DNA of 64,000 nucleotides. It comes from a virus (taxonomy: Duplodnaviria > Heunggongvirae > Uroviricota > Caudoviricetes). The stretch lies in IMG/VR virus record IMGVR_UViG_3300020451_002055. One strand, given 5' to 3'. Position numbers and translations under genes: made by a program. Shown piece by piece: positions 31,755 through 42,000 of the stretch (within the stretch, counting starts at the first letter, position 1; each line of letters starts with the position of its first letter). The notes below the pieces were generated by a model that did no database searches, was not told the origin of the DNA, and saw only the letters and a list, made by a program, of their open reading frames with translations.

Positions 31755-34700
31755 TCAAGTGCTGATAACGATGTCATTATTCAGAAGAGCGCGAACATCG
31801 TTGATCTTGCTGAATAGACCGCCGCCGATCTGCCAAATGACGTTTCCGAACTGATCAAGCTTGACAACTCGACCGGTATTCTGCAAGAAGCTCGTCTCTG
31901 CAACAACGTAGTTGCCTATTACGTCTAGAACTGCATCGCTCGCATATGAACCATCCGGAAGATCGTATTGGAAGCTAATTGCTCCTGTATTCCTGTCGAT
32001 TAGAATCACCTTACCTCTGTAGCCTCCGAGCTTTCTAGCTGCCTCTTGATCGAAGGTTTCTTCGCCTTCCGGAGTTGGAGGAGGCAACTCGTCGTCGATC
32101 TGAATCAGTCCGGCTATGAGAAGGTTACGATCGTCTACCTCATAGACAGAGCCCAAGGTGTAGTCAGTGAAGATAAGGTCGTTGTAAGTAAATCCGATCT
32201 GCTCATTGTCGAAATCGAACTCAAGAACCGTTGGAACGCCGACTTCTTCTTGATTGTCATCTCCGCCATCCTCAAGAATGGTCAAAATGATAGAAGTTTG
32301 CGTACTGAAGTTCGAAGAGGGATCGTTTGCGTTGACATAGTTGGCCGTCAGCGTGATCGTGTATTCGCCGATGTCGTCTTCGGTCGGCTCCGTTACCGTT
32401 AGCGTACCGGTCGTGCCCGGAGGCGACGAGGCGAAGCTGACAACGCCAGAGAGTTCGGCAGGGATAGACGGCGACCAGTTGATAACGAATCCTTCTCCGG
32501 GCTCTTCGACAGAAACCTCAAACGTCTCGCTCTGACCAACTTGAACCTCAAGACGCTGAGCCGCTGTGGAAGTATCGGCATCGAAAGATATTGACGAGTT
32601 GCCAATCACCCAGTTGCCATTGTCTAGCTGATTCGCAAATACAGGACGACGTATGCCTTCGATGAATACTAGTTCGCCAAGGTACACCGGAAGACCGCGA
32701 GGGCCGATCAGTTGTCCGATAGATGCCGTTGGTTGTATTTCTGTTGGGAAAGCTCCGGACCTGATCTGTATCGAAACCGCCGAAGTCTGATTCACCAACT
32801 GACTCGTCTTATCGAGAGACAGATCAATCTCTAGGATGCGAAGGTTGAACGGATTCTCTTCGAGCGTATCGTTCACGCCAAGATCAATAAACGTGCCGCC
32901 AATCCATAGACGGAACTTCGTGATATCGATCTCGCCAAGCGTTACCTCTTGAGAGAACGTGATTGACAGCTTGCCTTTGGTCGGATTGTAGATCGCGGTC
33001 AGAGGGTAGAAGAAGTTCTCATCTGAGATGTTATGGCTAGCTACGCCTCTAACGAAGTTGCCTTGCTGATCAGCGAGAATGACTCTATCGTTCTCCAAAT
33101 CAGCTATCATGAACTCTTTACTTGGAAGGCGATAAACAGAAAACGGGTTATCGAGACCGATGGCCCCTTGTGTATCAGCAAACCTTGATGCCTCGTTCGG
33201 AGCGATCGGCCATCCCTCGCCTTGAAAACCGACTACGGCAACTCGATCAGGCTCAGGTCCGGTTTCTGAAATGACATTCTTGAACGAGTAGTAAAGATTG
33301 CCAACAGCGATCTCATCAGCTATCTTCAAGAACGAATCGAATGTAAACTCATCCTGCTTGCGCTCAGAGTTGACATACGTTCCTCTATCCCAGTTGTCTG
33401 CATCCGTAATCGTAAAGCCAACATCTTCGGATGCCGCTATGAACTGAAGCTCTACCGAATCGAGGATCGGAGTTAGGTCTCTATCCTCATTCGACAGAAG
33501 CCGAACATCGATTTCGATATCGGTTCCCTCTAGAGCAAAGACATCGCCGGAGTTGAGATTCGGAGTAAACGCTGCCCTATTGAGAAGGATAGGGGAGTTG
33601 GCGACTCTGGCTCGAACCAAGACATCTGTGCCCGTTGGAATGTCCGCCTCGTAGTTGATGGCGTTAAAGACAACCGGAACCTGAGATGAATAGCGGAATC
33701 GAATGAAGCCTTCCGGCGGAAACAGTTCTTGGTTACGCAGAAAGATGTTGTCTATGTAGAAGATATGCTTACTGCAGATGTCGTCTGTATAGAAAACGAT
33801 CTCAGTTACATTGTCTCGTTCTTCGTTATCGATTGTAAAGACTCGACGCTCGAAGCCGTTTGCATTTGGATCTGGATTCTCAGTTATCTCGTCTTCGCCA
33901 AGGACGAGGTAGTCCTGCGATTGCTGAGCATCCTCTCCTTCGCCGTTGACAAAATACATGAAGACAGCGCCATGACTCTGAGCCAGGCTCTTGACATCGA
34001 GGTAAAGCTCATCGAACAACGACCAATCGCCAGCATCAGCAGCAAGCTGTCTTCGGAATACGACCTGAAAATCTCTGTCTGTGTTGAACTTGCCGCTGTA
34101 GAAGCCTTGCGTCTTGAGATTGTCAGCCTGTTCTGAGGTAACGCCAAGATTATCATCGATGATGACTGTCGATGCAGCAAAGCCCGGTATGGCTACGCCA
34201 GCATTCGGGACGTTCTCGAAGTTCTCAACGAACTGACTCGATGAGCCGCCCCTTGTCAGGCTGACGGTATCGAGGCCTATGGTAACAAGGTTGCGATCAA
34301 ACGCGCTAAGGAATGCCTGATTCGTGTCCCAAAACACCGAAATGATTTGACCAAAGGCTGTCGGCTTACCGCTGATGCATTGACTGTTTAGGTCAATGAC
34401 GGCATTGGATGCATCAAAATCGATCAAAGCATTCGGAGTAATACCGGGTATGACAGTCAGCGTATTGATGAAACCGTCTTCGATCTCTTGGTTGTCATAC
34501 TTCCAAGCAGTCAACAGCTTCATCAGGTTGGATGCAGCGACCTCGCCAAGTAGCTCTCTGTTGCCGGTTGCAATGATTCGGGCAAATGAGTCGAGACCGG
34601 CGTGGGTTAGAAGACCGTTGTTCTCTAGATCATTGTGATCAAGGATGGGTATGCGCTCTGGATCAAATCGACCGCTTACAATCTTGCCTGCATCAAAGTC

Positions 34701-35273
34701 TTCGAGACGGGCTCCCGGCAACTGATTACGAGTCTCTCGACGCAGATCGATCTTAGTAGGAGAACCCCTGTGCTTATGCTTGGCAATCTCTTCTCGGATA
34801 AGCTCGATGAATCCGATCTCTTCTCGGAAAGTATTGTCGATAGACAAGACCTGATTTGAACCGGTTACGACTCGACCGAGACGGATGGCCCCGCCGCCAA
34901 GAGGCTGCCTGCTGGCGATAAATGAGACCTGTCTGGTAGAAGTCGATCCTCCGGTTACGATGGCATAGATATCGATAGCATCGTTCGCCGGAAGGTCGCT
35001 TACATCGATAGGGAAGGTTGTCTCTGTTGCGATAAGGTTAATGATGCCAATGCCGGGAGTTACCGTTACAGAGATGGTTGACTGTCCGTTATTGGGCGTC
35101 TCGATAAGATTCCATCCTCGAATGACGCCGTTGCCGAAAATGCTGTATAGACCGTAAAGCTGCTTATCGATCAGCAAGAAACGGTCAATCTCTTTGCGAA
35201 CGTTGACCGCAAGATCGAGACGATCCCTAAAATCGAAGAACGCTAGTCCGTAGAATGGTGTCTGACCGGCCAT
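31755..35273 (-). CDS. Tail fibre/baseplate-type structural protein with C-terminal beta-propeller
   Basis: 1172 aa. N-terminal 'TPFYGL...RFLLIDKQL...GNGVIRGW' and 'IAKHKH' shared with 5851-10419; blade-like 'FMIADLENDRVI', 'GRVVKLDQFGNVIWQ'. Confidence 0.65.
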   Translation of the reverse strand: MAGQTPFYGLAFFDFRDRLDLAVNVRKEIDRFLLIDKQLYGLYSIFGNGVIRGWNLIETPNNGQSTISVTVTPGIGIINLIATETTFPIDVSDLPANDAIDIYAIVTGGSTSTRQVSFIASRQPLGGGAIRLGRVVTGSNQVLSIDNTFREEIGFIELIREEIAKHKHRGSPTKIDLRRETRNQLPGARLEDFDAGKIVSGRFDPERIPILDHNDLENNGLLTHAGLDSFARIIATGNRELLGEVAASNLMKLLTAWKYDNQEIEDGFINTLTVIPGITPNALIDFDASNAVIDLNSQCISGKPTAFGQIISVFWDTNQAFLSAFDRNLVTIGLDTVSLTRGGSSSQFVENFENVPNAGVAIPGFAASTVIIDDNLGVTSEQADNLKTQGFYSGKFNTDRDFQVVFRRQLAADAGDWSLFDELYLDVKSLAQSHGAVFMYFVNGEGEDAQQSQDYLVLGEDEITENPDPNANGFERRVFTIDNEERDNVTEIVFYTDDICSKHIFYIDNIFLRNQELFPPEGFIRFRYSSQVPVVFNAINYEADIPTGTDVLVRARVANSPILLNRAAFTPNLNSGDVFALEGTDIEIDVRLLSNEDRDLTPILDSVELQFIAASEDVGFTITDADNWDRGTYVNSERKQDEFTFDSFLKIADEIAVGNLYYSFKNVISETGPEPDRVAVVGFQGEGWPIAPNEASRFADTQGAIGLDNPFSVYRLPSKEFMIADLENDRVILADQQGNFVRGVASHNISDENFFYPLTAIYNPTKGKLSITFSQEVTLGEIDITKFRLWIGGTFIDLGVNDTLEENPFNLRILEIDLSLDKTSQLVNQTSAVSIQIRSGAFPTEIQPTASIGQLIGPRGLPVYLGELVFIEGIRRPVFANQLDNGNWVIGNSSISFDADTSTAAQRLEVQVGQSETFEVSVEEPGEGFVINWSPSIPAELSGVVSFASSPPGTTGTLTVTEPTEDDIGEYTITLTANYVNANDPSSNFSTQTSIILTILEDGGDDNQEEVGVPTVLEFDFDNEQIGFTYNDLIFTDYTLGSVYEVDDRNLLIAGLIQIDDELPPPTPEGEETFDQEAARKLGGYRGKVILIDRNTGAISFQYDLPDGSYASDAVLDVIGNYVVAETSFLQNTGRVVKLDQFGNVIWQIGGGLFSKINDVRALLNNDIVIST

Positions 35274-35299
35274 ACAGTATCTCTATCGGCGAATGGTCC

Positions 35300-35512
35300 T
35301 TATCTTCCTACGATTGGGGGACCGCCAAGGTTGACAACCAAAAGACCCTCTTGGCTGTAGTAACGAGTCATCTGGAACATCGCCGTTCCTCGATAACCCT
35401 GCCTAGACTCTCGAACAGAGTCCTGAACTTCTCGCCTACTCATCTGAGAACGATTCTCTGCTTTTACGTTCTCGAAATGCTGGCGACCTTTATTCCTACC
35501 TGATGCTGACAT
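35300..35512 (-). CDS. Small hypothetical protein
   Basis: 70 aa filling the gap between two large genes; AGGAGA Shine-Dalgarno just upstream of the ATG. Confidence 0.6.
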   Translation of the reverse strand: MSASGRNKGRQHFENVKAENRSQMSRREVQDSVRESRQGYRGTAMFQMTRYYSQEGLLVVNLGGPPIVGR

Positions 35513-35521
35513 AGTTTCTCC

Positions 35522-38500
35522 TTAGCTAGAGCCGTCTTCCTCAACAACGCCGTCAAGGGCAACCGTAGTGTTATTGGTCTCGCCCCATTCGATGTTCGTA
35601 GATGGGAACAGCCAGTAGCACTCGAACTCTTGCATCCAAGTATTGCTCTGAGGATCGATTTCTGATTTGATGCTACCGATAATGAGTCTCTGCGGCTCTA
35701 TCATGCCAAGACCCCTGAATGTTACTATATCAAGAGCGCGGAGCAAATTCCTTCCGACCGCTTCAAATCTCAAAGTAACCGGCGGAATGAACATCTTAGT
35801 CAAGTTCTTGATGTACCATTTCAACGTAGCTTCATCGCCGAAAATACCGTCCTGCTGCATAAACTCCTTGGGGTATCCCAAAAAGCCAGGCTTGTCAGGA
35901 TCGAACAGCGAATCAAAGTTGGTATGACCGGCTACAAGGAGCTTACCGTCAGGAGTCGTTGAGATGACTCGAATCTCGTTGTTGATGTCTTCTACGTTTC
36001 TCTTGATCGTGTATGCGTTGAACACTTGTCGATGGATGTCGTTATCATTGCGATCAGCAGGCGATGCAAAGAAATCGACCTTGGACAGCCTGTCCCAATC
36101 GAAAGCATCAAGCTCTTCGTTGTTGCCGCTGCCTTGCTGGAAGCTGAACAACTCTTGCTCATACGGAAGAGCATCATAGTGGAAGACCCCTAGCCTGTCG
36201 AAGAAGAATATCTTACCAGACAAGCTAGCTATCCTCTGAATGGCCTCATAGTATGTGTCCCCGTCTTGGAAACGCAAGAAAGGCTCTTGCAGAATGTCGT
36301 AGGAGCCAGGGAGAGCGAACTCTCTATTGAAGAGCGTTTCTCCATTATGGACCAAGTTGATCCAGTTGTTGCCTTCATTATAGTCTGCAAGTCTTCTCAG
36401 CAGAGAAGCAGGTTGAGACTGATCGCTTACGCCTCCGTCATCATCTGTGCCGTCTCTGAATGATGCAAGCTGAAGTATCTCATAAACAGCGTTGAAGTCT
36501 CTCATCTTATCGAAGAACGGAGAGTTCTTGAACTTCTGATCTCTGAGGATGTCAGAGTAATCAACGACGTTGCATTTCATTACCCGCTGATTGTTTTCGT
36601 AGGTAATCTCTCCGCCGAAACAGAGACCGGTAAACAGGACTCTATCGATATCCCTAGATGGAAGAGGCATAATGCCGCCTTCCCACCATACTGAAATCTG
36701 AATGTAGAATGCCTTGTCAGAAAGACTATGCAAATACGATGCATAGTTCTGCTCATCTTCAAACTGCATTCCCGCATTGAGAAGAAAAGCTATCTGTCCC
36801 TGATGGTGAATCGTATTCAGTTGACCGCTCTGCCAATCATCCGCTCGCCAGTCCTCAGAAAAGCTAAGAACATGATGACTGACATCAATGACTTGTTTGC
36901 GGAACGCAGGATTGTCATCTGCAGGAGAATACAGCCGGAAGCCAGTCATGATAGGAGTCATGCACTTGTCGAGCCACCAATCCTCTCCGTCTTCAGCATC
37001 GCCGGGAACAGCGGGGAATACATAAGTGCCCGCCTGAAGATTGGCAGTGGCCTGCAGAGTAAATGCATAGGGAGTCTCTGAGCCTATAGGCTGCAGACCT
37101 CTGCGAGATGTGATTCCTATGACGCTGCGAGGCCTATCCCTATTCTCTTCCGATTGCTGCAGGTTCGGAGCTTTGCCTCGCTTGCGAACAAGGTCCGGCT
37201 GTATTTGCATTGCAAACGTGTCTTCAACAATACCGTCGATCGTCTCTCTGTAAACCTCTGCATCCTGGTTGTATTGAAAGTTCGAAGTGGTTAGCTTGCG
37301 AGGTTTCTTCTCGTTCTGCTTGTTGTTGTCAGAGGTATTGACATCAAGAAGCTGCGACACTCCCTTGTCCCTTAGAAGTAGACTGATATCTTCTGAGTCA
37401 GCGGGACCAAGGACAGACAAAGGCTGAGGCATCGGCATGTCAACCGCGTCCGTATAGGTCATCGGAGCAAAGATGAACGAAGCCTTGATGTTGCCTCCCA
37501 TGAGGGCGACTCTTCCGTTCGGTATGATCATCGGAACTCGTTCGCTGATGAAATCCGATTCGGACTGAGCGTCTTCTGCAGAATCCAAATCAGGCCTAGG
37601 AGTAAGGTCTGATCTCTCAATGATCCAAGGATTGTCCTCGTAACCAGAGAACGTTACGACGATTCTTCCAAGATGTTGCCTGACAGTTACCCTGAGGTTT
37701 TCCTGCTCAAGAAGTCGCTTGGAGTTCGCTCCTCGGTAGGTTGCCAGACGGCGCAGGATGGGTTCCTCGCTCAAAACCGGAGTCCTTCTCGGTCCGGAAC
37801 CTACGTCAAGCGAGCCATCGTCTTCTCCGCATCGCACATAGATGCGATCGTAATGACAGAAGATCGGAGCCGCTTTTTCGGCCAGTATGATGTAGTAGTT
37901 ATGCCCTACGTCATTGAATATGTCTTCGTCGCTGGTAATGCCTTGACTACCAATACCGATTTCAATGATGTAGTAAGCCTGCTTACTGAGATCAAACTTG
38001 TCTTTTGAGTCTTCAACAACCGCTCCGTCTTGGTCGAGTTCGACCATGGCAAGGTTTGTGATATTGCAACCTACCTCGCCCTGCGGAATCGAGTTGACAT
38101 CGAGATGCTTGAACCTATTGCGCATCTGAAACGTAGCTCCGTCCGTTCTCGGAACGTCGCTAGAGAAAGCATGACGCTGAAACTCTACGAAGAAATCTTC
38201 CCCCTGGAAGCAAGGGGTTCTCTTCTCTAGTCGCCAGTGTATGCCGGGATTGACACCCTTGTATACCTGAGTGTTTGTGTCTTTGAACTCGCTCTCAACG
38301 CCAAGCTGTTGCATAAGCGTTACCGGATTTGCAAGAGCATTCGCTCTCTGCCTTGGAGCATGGTAATCCGGAGACGATGTTCTTGAAATCTCCTGTTCCT
38401 GCTTTGTCGTAATCGCAGCGTTGACGAGATCGTATCCCCATCGAGCAGACATTCTTCTCCGAACAACTTCAGCCGGGTCTTCCGGTTCGGTATCCTCTTC

Positions 38501-39019
38501 GCTTGGCAGAATGATGTAATCTGAGAACAAGCTGCCATCGTTGATCCACATATGATGAGCAGCCTTCGCCGTTGCAGAGGTAACATCATCGCCGTCAACA
38601 GTTAGAAGCCTACTGCCCTCTCTGCCAAGCAACGACTCTCTGATGCCGTCATAGAACTCTAGACGAGCTAACGGCGTTACGCCAGACAGTGCCTCATTGA
38701 GCCTATCGGTATTGAATACCTCAACATCTTCGTCTTCGGCCCTCTTCTTTGCGCATACGAAGTTGTGCTGATACTGCGGCTCGAAAGCAAGGAATACGCC
38801 ATCGATGCCATCTACGCCCTGAAGCTTTTCTCTGATGTTCTCGGGAGCTAGACGTATTGTTTCCGGAGAGAATACAAAGCTCTGGTCCTGCTGCCTTCTA
38901 CGAGCAATGGGCAAGTTGCTCCATATCTCGCATTGACACTTCAGTTGACCGGCAAAACCCGGAGAACCGCTGCGGTATGCTCCGGTTGGTCCGTTTGTTG
39001 GTGAACCATCTCTTGCCAT
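35522..39019 (-). CDS. Putative tail-tip/baseplate hub protein
   Basis: 1165 aa, two genes downstream of the tape measure gene. C-terminal third has a hub-like pattern ('YEAIQRIASLSGKIFFFDRLGVFHY...NEIRV...LRFEAVGRNLLRALDIVTF...IGSIKSEI'). Confidence 0.55.
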   Translation of the reverse strand: MARDGSPTNGPTGAYRSGSPGFAGQLKCQCEIWSNLPIARRRQQDQSFVFSPETIRLAPENIREKLQGVDGIDGVFLAFEPQYQHNFVCAKKRAEDEDVEVFNTDRLNEALSGVTPLARLEFYDGIRESLLGREGSRLLTVDGDDVTSATAKAAHHMWINDGSLFSDYIILPSEEDTEPEDPAEVVRRRMSARWGYDLVNAAITTKQEQEISRTSSPDYHAPRQRANALANPVTLMQQLGVESEFKDTNTQVYKGVNPGIHWRLEKRTPCFQGEDFFVEFQRHAFSSDVPRTDGATFQMRNRFKHLDVNSIPQGEVGCNITNLAMVELDQDGAVVEDSKDKFDLSKQAYYIIEIGIGSQGITSDEDIFNDVGHNYYIILAEKAAPIFCHYDRIYVRCGEDDGSLDVGSGPRRTPVLSEEPILRRLATYRGANSKRLLEQENLRVTVRQHLGRIVVTFSGYEDNPWIIERSDLTPRPDLDSAEDAQSESDFISERVPMIIPNGRVALMGGNIKASFIFAPMTYTDAVDMPMPQPLSVLGPADSEDISLLLRDKGVSQLLDVNTSDNNKQNEKKPRKLTTSNFQYNQDAEVYRETIDGIVEDTFAMQIQPDLVRKRGKAPNLQQSEENRDRPRSVIGITSRRGLQPIGSETPYAFTLQATANLQAGTYVFPAVPGDAEDGEDWWLDKCMTPIMTGFRLYSPADDNPAFRKQVIDVSHHVLSFSEDWRADDWQSGQLNTIHHQGQIAFLLNAGMQFEDEQNYASYLHSLSDKAFYIQISVWWEGGIMPLPSRDIDRVLFTGLCFGGEITYENNQRVMKCNVVDYSDILRDQKFKNSPFFDKMRDFNAVYEILQLASFRDGTDDDGGVSDQSQPASLLRRLADYNEGNNWINLVHNGETLFNREFALPGSYDILQEPFLRFQDGDTYYEAIQRIASLSGKIFFFDRLGVFHYDALPYEQELFSFQQGSGNNEELDAFDWDRLSKVDFFASPADRNDNDIHRQVFNAYTIKRNVEDINNEIRVISTTPDGKLLVAGHTNFDSLFDPDKPGFLGYPKEFMQQDGIFGDEATLKWYIKNLTKMFIPPVTLRFEAVGRNLLRALDIVTFRGLGMIEPQRLIIGSIKSEIDPQSNTWMQEFECYWLFPSTNIEWGETNNTTVALDGVVEEDGSS

Positions 39020-42000
39020 TAGACGCCTCGTCTCTTAGTATCTAGTTGCACTTGGGAAGCATCGAAGCAAAGACCTCTAACATTCCCAAATGAATCCTTA
39101 TAGAACATCCTTGTTATACCCGAAGAACTTACATAGCCTACGGGAGGGAGATTGTCTGAAATGCCCATAGATTCGTCGAATATGGCTGCAGCAGAAAGCG
39201 GATAAGGGAATACTACAGGCGTATCTCCCGAAATGATTGACCCCCTTACATCGTCGGGTATGTTTCCAACTATGAATATCGGCGAAAAGGGCGTTGTCTC
39301 TCCGTCAAGATCCGCTCTGACAATAGGGTTGTCCTTGCTCAACACCGAACCGTCAAGAGACTTGGCGAAAATCATCTCATCAACAACATAAGCCAAGTTG
39401 AGATTGCCCGTGGCCGGGTCATAGACTCCGCCAAGCTGAGAAACATCCCTAGCCTCTTGGACATTGGAACTCTTATGTATGAAGGTTTCTCCTTCATCCT
39501 CATACACTTCTTCCCAGGTTTTTCCTTCATCATTGCTAGTCCGAATGTATACAGCGCCGTTGACGGCATACACAACATTCAACGCTCCCTTTTTGTCTTG
39601 GAACGCAAAGTAGTCCTGAGAAGCAAAGCCCTCTTCAAAGTCCTTGAGGTCGCCGTTGAGAATGACTCTAGGCTGAAAACCATTCGACCTTCTGCCTCTT
39701 GATATCGATAGCTGCTCAGCAAGATACTCTCCGGTAACGTTTCCAATTACGACGCTCAGAGGCGATTGCCGGAGTTTGCGACCGTCTTCGGTGAAATGAG
39801 CAAGGCCGACTAGCGGATCAGTCGTTGCCGTAAAACTAATAGGCCTTCGGTATGCCTTGAACGCATCTGCCGGATCGAATAGCTTAGGATCAACGATCTT
39901 ATACATCAATGCATCATTGATAATGAAGAACAAGTGTATCTTGTTTGTAGACTGATCAACAACAGCATAAGGAGTCTTGATATCATCGGAATCGACAGTT
40001 TGAACAATGCCCTTGTAGTCTATCCATGTATCGCCTTCATCGGGAGAAAAGAGACATGATATCTCCTTATTGCCGCCCGAATCGGTTTCGGCAGGCTGAT
40101 CGCCGTAGTCGCCCTCAAACGCAAGCTCGTCCTCATAGAAGACAAACCAGTTTCCTGATTGATCAAAGCAAGTCGAGGATATACTTGATACGATCTTGCA
40201 TGCTTGGTAGGCTTCGTCTTGGAATGAGGTAGCCTCAATCGTCTCAATATCCATGAATTCTATGATCTCGCCATTCAGCCTGAATAATTCATCGCTGTAG
40301 TTGCGAGTATCAATGACTATCGTTTGGGTTCGATTCTCGCTAAAGCCGCCTGCCCAAGGCACGGCTATGTTGTCGATGACATTGCCTTCATTGGGAAAGA
40401 TAATGCTGATCAATCGTTCTGCGTTATCCAAGAATCCAGGCAGTATCTTGTAGGTTATCTTGATGCTTGTTGTCTTTGCTCCGCCAAGACCGGAAACCGT
40501 AACAGTTATATCTCCGCTGCTCTGCTGAAAGCTCAGACTCTTTCTCGTATACGTCTCTGCTGCCGTTCTTCTGCCAAGAGCGATCTGACCCTTGTCAGTA
40601 GATATCTCTCTGCCTCCGCTGTATCCGGGCTGATTGCCTAGCAACAGGTCATAGCCAATGACGCCAAGCGAACTCTGAGTAGCATCATCAATATTCCCGG
40701 CTTCATGAACTCTTTCCGCGGAAGAAGGCTCCAAATCCGTTCTCTGCAACTGCGAGCGAAGGATGTTGTCTTCGAACTCGAAGTATCTCAGCGTAGACTC
40801 TCCATCTGCGTTGTCTGCATTGAATACAAGATAAGAGAGCTTGTTGTATGGATGCTCATCAACGGTCATCCTCTGACCGAATGCCGCCGGACTGCTGAAT
40901 ACCCATATACCGCCGTCTCTGGAAAGAGGAAACTGCGGACTGAACCGCTCGACATAGACCCGGGTATCGTCTCCAAATCTCTCGAAGAAGAACGGAGTTC
41001 GGATGAACATATCAGCCTGAACTGTTCTGTCTACAAAGAACTTGTTGCAATCTCGAATGAAGTAAGCTCCGCCTTCAATGGAAGACATGCGTATTGGCTC
41101 AAAGACAGCGCTACTAAGATCATAGTTGTTTCTACGAGAGAGTCCGTTGATAATTAGATCTAGGTTTGGAAAGCCAACGCCCTTGGTTGGGTCATCGGGA
41201 TCGGGCTTACTTACCTGAGCCAAAGCATCCGCAAGCTCTCGCTGATAACCAAACTTCTCGCTATCGAAACAGACAGCATTTACATGATCACTGACATCGA
41301 ATACAAAGCCTCTGAGAACAGCATTAGCGGAATCTACGTCTGTCAGTTCTCCGTTGGTGTATCCAGGTCTATTGACAATGAATGCCTCAATCGTTGCGTT
41401 CCACCACTCTTGGTCATTGATGTCCTCTGCGGGAACGATGACTTCTATATTGCCCTCTCCGGTTCTAAGATCGCTGACAGCAACGATACCTCTGGCGTCC
41501 ATAGCATAGAAACCCTTGATGAAGGGGCGCTTGGTCTTGGTGTTATTCAAGACCTCAGTTAACCTCATGGCCTCCATGTCTTCCGTTCGAAGACGGCGAG
41601 CTTTTTGCTCCGGAGTCAGCGTTTCGTCTGCAATGATCTCTTGGTCTCGGATTAGGTCTCTTAGGTCTGCTCGGACAGGATCATTCGGAGCAAACTGAAC
41701 GTTGTGAGTTTTGAGAACCTTGAACTTGTAGGGCTTAAAGTTCCAAGCCTGAACTTCGTCTTCGCCGATTCTTTCTACCAGCGGACCCGGAAACAGAAAG
41801 AAGAAGCTCTTCGCCAAAATAGCCTGACGGAGTATTCTGTCGGTAGCGGCGGCGTATGTAAGATAGATACGATCGCCCGGAATCAAAGGAGCGACCGCGG
41901 CTTCTGCGGGATCTTCAGGCAGAGGATCTCCGGGTTCTCTGTCGCTGTTCGCAAGAAGAGCTTCAGGAAACTTGATCTCGATAACTCTGTCAGTAAGATC

